This document shows positions 15,409 to 19,071 of a stretch of DNA of 19,071 nt, piece after piece; position 1 is the stretch's first letter, and every line of letters starts with the position of its first letter. The position numbers and the translations under genes were made by a program. This stretch comes from Halalkalibacterium halodurans (GTDB lineage: Bacteria; Bacillota; Bacilli; Bacillales; Bacillaceae_D): positions 10,810-29,880 of the forward strand of contig NZ_SNUY01000053.1 in the NCBI RefSeq assembly GCF_004376175.1. The letters are read 5' to 3'. The notes beneath the pieces were generated by a model, which searched no databases, was not told where the DNA came from, and saw only the letters and a list, made by a program, of their open reading frames with translations.

Positions 15409-15627
15409 TTATTTACTTTGCTGCTTTTGCATCGCTTTCATCATTTGATTAATCTTCTTCTGCGAAGGGTTTTGCCCCATTTGCATTAACATGACGCGAA
15501 GCATTTGCTCATTGATGGGTGGGTTTTTCTTCAAATAGGACATCATCGTCTTACGAGCAATAAAAAAGCCAATCGCAATACCGATGACAATACCTAATGT
15601 AATCCAAAGTAAGATCATCCAGTTCAT
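15409..15627 (-). CDS. yneF: UPF0154 family membrane protein YneF
   Basis: 72 aa. [47 protein letters not shown] is near-identical in pattern to B. subtilis YneF. RBS GAAGGAGG. Confidence 0.9.
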   Translation of the reverse strand: MNWMILLWITLGIVIGIAIGFFIARKTMMSYLKKNPPINEQMLRVMLMQMGQNPSQKKINQMMKAMQKQQSK

Positions 15628-15687
15628 ACGTCCAAAAATCCTCCTTCAAGCTGTCTCAAGCCAGGCTTGTCCTGACCAATCTTATTT

Positions 15688-15716
15688 ATTATAGCGTACA
15701 TCCTATATTTTTAAAA
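15688..15716 (-). promoter_or_regulatory. Candidate promoter for yneF
   Basis: Minus strand: TTTTAA, 17 nt, TATAAT. Perfect -10, weak -35. Confidence 0.3.
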
Positions 15717-15761
15717 GAGTGAGATATGAAAAAATTCCCTACCGGAGGATCGGATCATAGT

Positions 15762-16202
15762 TTAGACGAGCTTCACTTGCCTGACCGGATTTAGCCATCC
15801 GTACCGCATACGCTGCACATCGATGGCAAAAAACGCCCCTCGTACTTTTCGCAACGCTTCAAATAAAGTGGTTTCAGCATCAATCGTCCCCTCGCTCGTT
15901 AACAATAAGCGATCTTGTTGAATGAACAGTTCGGCTTGTGATTCAGAACGGCTCGCATAAAGGCGAAAGGTGGTCTTCGTCTTTTCCACCGTAAAACCAG
16001 CTGGCTGTAAATGGTGAAGAACATGCTGAAGATGAAGCGTCGGTATCGCTTCTGTAATATATTGAATTTGTTTTTTTATTAACGCTTCATTCACCTTTGT
16101 GGCATGCTCTTTTTCTAAAAAGAGATGAAACAGTTTGCTCTCTTGTCCAAAGTATTGCCGAGCCACCTCGTCGACGATTAAATACAACTCGTACTGTCTC
16201 AC
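15762..16202 (-). CDS. sirA: Sporulation inhibitor of replication SirA (YneE)
   Basis: It aligns by eye with B. subtilis SirA: YFGQESKLFHLF, QIQYITEAIP, ETTLFEALRKV, RYGWLNPV. Start moved to the GTG at 16202-16200 (reads M-RQYELYLI, cf. MERHYYTYLI), preceded by GAAGGGGA. 146 aa versus 148 aa in B. subtilis. The ATG at 16289 remains an alternative. Confidence 0.8.
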   Translation of the reverse strand: MRQYELYLIVDEVARQYFGQESKLFHLFLEKEHATKVNEALIKKQIQYITEAIPTLHLQHVLHHLQPAGFTVEKTKTTFRLYASRSESQAELFIQQDRLLLTSEGTIDAETTLFEALRKVRGAFFAIDVQRMRYGWLNPVRQVKLV

Positions 16203-16295
16203 GCTCACCACGTCCCCTTCATGTATTCTTTTCAATAGTATACTGCTTCTTTGAAAAAGACCTTGTCTGAAAGTGGAGCAAGAGAACACTTTTTT

Positions 16296-16302
16296 TGTCG
16301 AA
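16296..16302 (+). promoter_or_regulatory. Spo0A box upstream of sirA
   Basis: TTTGTCGAAAG contains the 0A-box core TGTCGAA. It lies about 95-100 nt upstream of the proposed sirA start. sirA is Spo0A-activated in B. subtilis. Confidence 0.45.
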
Positions 16303-16393
16303 AGCCTACTTTTTCTGAAGAAAATGCTCTAAAAGGACAAATAGATGCTCTCCTCTTTAATATTTTGATTTTTCAAAAAAATACTCAGTGCGT

Positions 16394-16426
16394 AAAAAAG
16401 GGCCGCATGGTTTTCCATGCAAGCCC
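16394..16426 (-). terminator. Intrinsic terminator after tkt
   Basis: Minus-strand RNA: GGGCUUGCAUGG-AAAA-CCAUGCGGCCC (6 bp plus 3-4 bp around an internal loop) followed by UUUUUU. Confidence 0.75.
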
Positions 16427-16433
16427 ACAGTAA

Positions 16434-18434
16434 TTATTTGTTTTCAAGGAGTGCCTTCGCACGAGCAACTACATGTTGAACAGTAAAGCCAAACTCTACC
16501 ATGATTCGTTCACCTGGGGCTGATGCACCAAAGCGATCAATCGCTACAACATCCCCTTGATTCCCTACATATTTCGCCCAGCCAAGTGAAGATCCCATTT
16601 CAATTGCAAGTCGAGCGGTCACATCGGACGGAAGTACTTCCTCTTTGTATTCTGCCGATTGCGCTTCAAAACGATCCCAGCTAGGCATACTGACAACAGC
16701 CGCATGAATACCCTCTTTCTCAAGGGCTTCTTTGGCATTCACTGCAAGGGATACCTCTGACCCTGAAGCGAGTAATAAAAGATCAGCAGAACCATTAGCT
16801 GGTGCCAAAACGTAGGCGCCTTTTGAGACACCATCATATGCGCGGTCCACTGCGCCTTCAAGAGTCGGTAAATTTTGTCTTGATAAGACGAGAGCCGTCG
16901 GTTGATCTTTACTTTCGAGTGCGAGTTTCCACGCGGCTACCGATTCGTTTCCGTCTGCTGGACGAATCACAGACAACCCTGGCATCGCACGTAAAGAGGC
17001 AAGCTGCTCTACCGGCTCATGTGTTGGTCCATCTTCGCCAACTGCAATGCTGTCATGAGTAAATACGTAGATGACCGGCAATTGCATTAAAGCAGCTAAA
17101 CGAATCGCAGGGCGCAAGTAATCAGAGAAGACGAAAAATGTGGCGCCAAACACTTTCAAGCCGCCGTGTAAAGCCATTCCGTTCATGGCAGCACCCATGG
17201 CAAATTCCCGAACACCAAACCAAACGTTACGACCGCTGTAGTCATCACGGGAGAAATTAGCTTCCCCCTTAATGAGCGTTTTGTTTGAAGAAGCCAAGTC
17301 AGCTGAGCCACCAAAGAGTTGAGGGACAGTTTTCGCAAAAGCGTTCAATGCTTCACCGGATGAAGAACGAGTGGCAACTGATTTGCCGACCTCATAAGAT
17401 GGCGCAACAGCATCCCACCCCTCTGGAAGATCGCCGTGAACAGCTAGTTCGAACTGGCTCGCGAGCTCAGGGTATGCTTTTTTATACTGGGCGAACAGCT
17501 CATTCCAGCTCTCTTCCTTCTCAGCTCCTTGCTGTTTGACCTGCTCATAATAAGCAGCCACTTCTTCTGGGATATGAAATTCATTTTCATATGTCCATTC
17601 ATAGGCTTCCTTTGTTAACTTCACTTCGTCCGCTCCAAGAGGCGCTCCATGAGATACGGATTTTCCTCCCTTATTCGGTGAACCGAATCCGATGGTTGTC
17701 TTTACTTCAATTAACGATGGGCGCTCGTCTGCCTTCGCCTCTTCAATCGCTTTCGCAATTTCGTCTAGATTGTTTCCATCCTCGACACGAACTACGTGCC
17801 ATCCATAAGCTTTGAAGCGGTCCTCTACGCTTTCAGAGAATGAATGGTGTAGGTCCCCATCAAGGGAAATATCGTTGGAATCGTACAACAAGATCATGCG
17901 CCCTAGTTTTAAGTGACCAGCAAGAGACGCTGCTTCTGCTGAAACACCTTCCATTAAATCGCCATCTCCACAAATCGTATAGGTGTAATGGTCAACGATA
18001 TTATACCCATCGCGGTTGTATGTAGCAGCTAAATGACGTTCTGCCATTGCCATACCTACGGCCATTGCAACCCCTTGTCCAAGTGGACCTGTCGTCGCTT
18101 CTACACCAGGTGTATGCCCATACTCTGGATGCCCAGGTGTTTTGCTTCCCCATTGTCGGAAGTTTTGTAACTCCTCAAGCGAGAGGTCGTAGCCTGTAAG
18201 GTGTAGTAGGCTGTACAAAAGCATCGAGCCGTGCCCTGCCGATAAAACAAAGCGATCGCGATTTACCCAGTCTGGATTAGCTGGGTTATGGTTCATGAAT
18301 TTCGTCCATAAACAAAACGCCATCGGCGCTGCTCCCATCGGCATTCCAGGGTGTCCTGAATTGGCTTTTTCCACACTGTCAATGGATAGCGTTCGAATCG
18401 TATTGACTGCTAACTGTTCAACATGTTTCGACAT
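16434..18434 (-). CDS. tkt: Transketolase
   Basis: 666 aa. [12 protein letters not shown]. ThDP-binding GDGDLMEG. Full three-domain length. Confidence 0.97.
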   Translation of the reverse strand: MSKHVEQLAVNTIRTLSIDSVEKANSGHPGMPMGAAPMAFCLWTKFMNHNPANPDWVNRDRFVLSAGHGSMLLYSLLHLTGYDLSLEELQNFRQWGSKTPGHPEYGHTPGVEATTGPLGQGVAMAVGMAMAERHLAATYNRDGYNIVDHYTYTICGDGDLMEGVSAEAASLAGHLKLGRMILLYDSNDISLDGDLHHSFSESVEDRFKAYGWHVVRVEDGNNLDEIAKAIEEAKADERPSLIEVKTTIGFGSPNKGGKSVSHGAPLGADEVKLTKEAYEWTYENEFHIPEEVAAYYEQVKQQGAEKEESWNELFAQYKKAYPELASQFELAVHGDLPEGWDAVAPSYEVGKSVATRSSSGEALNAFAKTVPQLFGGSADLASSNKTLIKGEANFSRDDYSGRNVWFGVREFAMGAAMNGMALHGGLKVFGATFFVFSDYLRPAIRLAALMQLPVIYVFTHDSIAVGEDGPTHEPVEQLASLRAMPGLSVIRPADGNESVAAWKLALESKDQPTALVLSRQNLPTLEGAVDRAYDGVSKGAYVLAPANGSADLLLLASGSEVSLAVNAKEALEKEGIHAAVVSMPSWDRFEAQSAEYKEEVLPSDVTARLAIEMGSSLGWAKYVGNQGDVVAIDRFGASAPGERIMVEFGFTVQHVVARAKALLENK

Positions 18435-18482
18435 CGTCTGTCTTCATCCTTTCCGTTACTGAAAACGTTCTTTTCGCTTTTC

Positions 18483-18511
18483 ATGATAAACGTTATCGGA
18501 CGATTGCACAA
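18483..18511 (-). promoter_or_regulatory. Candidate sigma-A promoter for tkt, overlapped by a 5-3-5 palindrome
   Basis: Minus strand: TTGTGC, 17 nt, TATCAT. The palindrome GATAA-ACG-TTATC (18485-18497) covers the -10 and spacer. Confidence 0.4.
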
Positions 18512-18596
18512 GCATTCGTTTAGGATTTGTTTAAAAAAAATTCATGTAATTATTAATTAGTAAACAAATATATTAACATTTTGATTGTTAAAGAGA

Positions 18597-18626
18597 TAGA
18601 AAACGCCAGGAATCTGTCCTGGCGTT
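18597..18626 (-). terminator. Intrinsic terminator after ynzC
   Basis: Minus-strand RNA: AACGCCAGG-ACAGAUU-CCUGGCGUU (9 bp) followed by UUCUAUCU. The stem includes the ynzC stop codon. Confidence 0.65.
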
Positions 18627-18864
18627 AGTGAATGTCGTTGCGGTACTTATTTTTGCTTTGTTTTAATTTATCTGGTGTTACGTCATTTCCTGCTCCATCG
18701 ACGACCGTTACCGAATGTAGTTGATTTTTAAAGGACTGACGAAATTGTTGAATGTATTCTTCACGTAATTTTTTTTGCTCGCGAAGCTCACCATCTGTCA
18801 GACCTGTTGTTTTTGCTCGCTTTGCTAGTTCATTGATCCGCTCGATTTTTTGCTTAGAAAGCAT
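18625..18864 (-). CDS. ynzC: UPF0291/DUF896 protein YnzC
   Basis: 79 aa. KIERINELAKRAKTTGLTDGELREQKKLREEYIQQFRQSFKNQL...GNDVTPDKLK closely parallels B. subtilis YnzC. RBS AGGAGGAA. Confidence 0.9.
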   Translation of the reverse strand: MLSKQKIERINELAKRAKTTGLTDGELREQKKLREEYIQQFRQSFKNQLHSVTVVDGAGNDVTPDKLKQSKNKYRNDIH

Positions 18865-18901
18865 CGGTTGTTCCTCCTAACTTCTCACAATCATCCTTAT
18901 C

Positions 18902-18930
18902 ACTCTACATGAACGTTGACTATCTTGCAA
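18902..18930 (-). promoter_or_regulatory. Candidate promoter immediately upstream of ynzC
   Basis: Minus strand: TTGCAA, 17 nt, TAGAGT. It lies about 35-65 nt upstream of the ynzC ATG. Confidence 0.35.
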
Positions 18931-18953
18931 CTAAGGAGAACCAAAAGATTGTG

Positions 18954-19071
18954 TCAACCTTTTGTGGGAGGAATATTTTCCATTCTCATGAGTGTAAGCG
19001 AATTCAGAATGTTAGGGTTCTCCTCTGTTAAGAATCTTAGGGCTTTTAAAAGCCTTTCAAGTCTTTCAGTG
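18954..19071 (-). CDS. Probable 3' end of a minus-strand gene entering from beyond the window; product unknown
   Basis: Hand translation of the minus frame gives ...TERLERLLKALRFLTEENPNILNSLTLMRMENIPPTKG then TGA (18956-18954). Only 38 codons are visible. The amphipathic composition looks more protein-like than the opposite-strand reading. Confidence 0.35.
   Translation of the reverse strand, partial: TERLERLLKALRFLTEENPNILNSLTLMRMENIPPTKG

Noticed and set aside
9302-18025. Track ORFs 9302-9490, 10428-10646, 11189-11377, 11803-12099, 12132-12362, 12151-12387, 13082-13270, 13756-13980, 14588-14815, 14593-14778, 15003-15185, 16251-16433, 16802-17062, 17285-17539, 17591-17815 and 17840-18025
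   Set aside because: All are embedded in, or antisense to, confidently identified genes (methyltransferase, yneK-like, ccdC, ABC exporters, tkt), or cover the sirA promoter and tkt terminator. None has independent support.
18461-18470. LexA (Cheo) box-like GAAAACGTTC upstream of tkt, and GAACGTTGAC at 18911-18920 upstream of ynzC
   Set aside because: The consensus requires GAAC-N4-GTTC (12 nt). These have the wrong spacing or lack the second half-site.
18949-19071. Plus-strand reading frame open from TTG 18949 (after AAGGAG) to the window end, and a 26-codon GTG frame from 18951
   Set aside because: The translated sequence (MCQPFVGGIFSILMSV...) is shadow-like and does not resemble LexA or any family I recognise. 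The opposite strand gives a more protein-like C-terminus, and too little sequence is available to decide.

Overview
Bacillaceae-type chromosomal segment with almost every gene on the minus strand. No rRNA, tRNA or CRISPR array was seen. Right two-thirds (about 5.8-19 kb): ordinary core genes. By recollection their order and orientation mirror the B. subtilis ynzC-tkt-sirA(yneE)-yneF-ynzD-[ccdA-ccdB]-ccdC(yneJ)-yneK neighbourhood. Two differences stand out: a heterodimeric ABC exporter pair sits between yneF and ynzD, and ccdA/ccdB are absent. This part also holds alanine dehydrogenase, a SAM methyltransferase, and four small uncharacterised genes arranged as two translationally coupled pairs. 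Left end (1-5.7 kb): looks accessory or rearranged. It holds a 5'-truncated IS4-family transposase, a ribose-type (CUT2) sugar ABC cassette in the order SBP-ATPase-permease with no kinase, mutarotase or regulator, a cluster of cre/LacI-type operators, and an aldo-keto reductase pseudogene. A 51-aa Spo0E-family ORF that falls below the ORF-track cut-off is added. Four ORF-track starts are shortened on RBS and homology grounds. I find no convincing evidence for a new multi-gene system such as a defence system. The best candidates for follow-up are the uncharacterised small membrane-protein pairs at 5784-7406 and the regulatory architecture of the sugar cassette.
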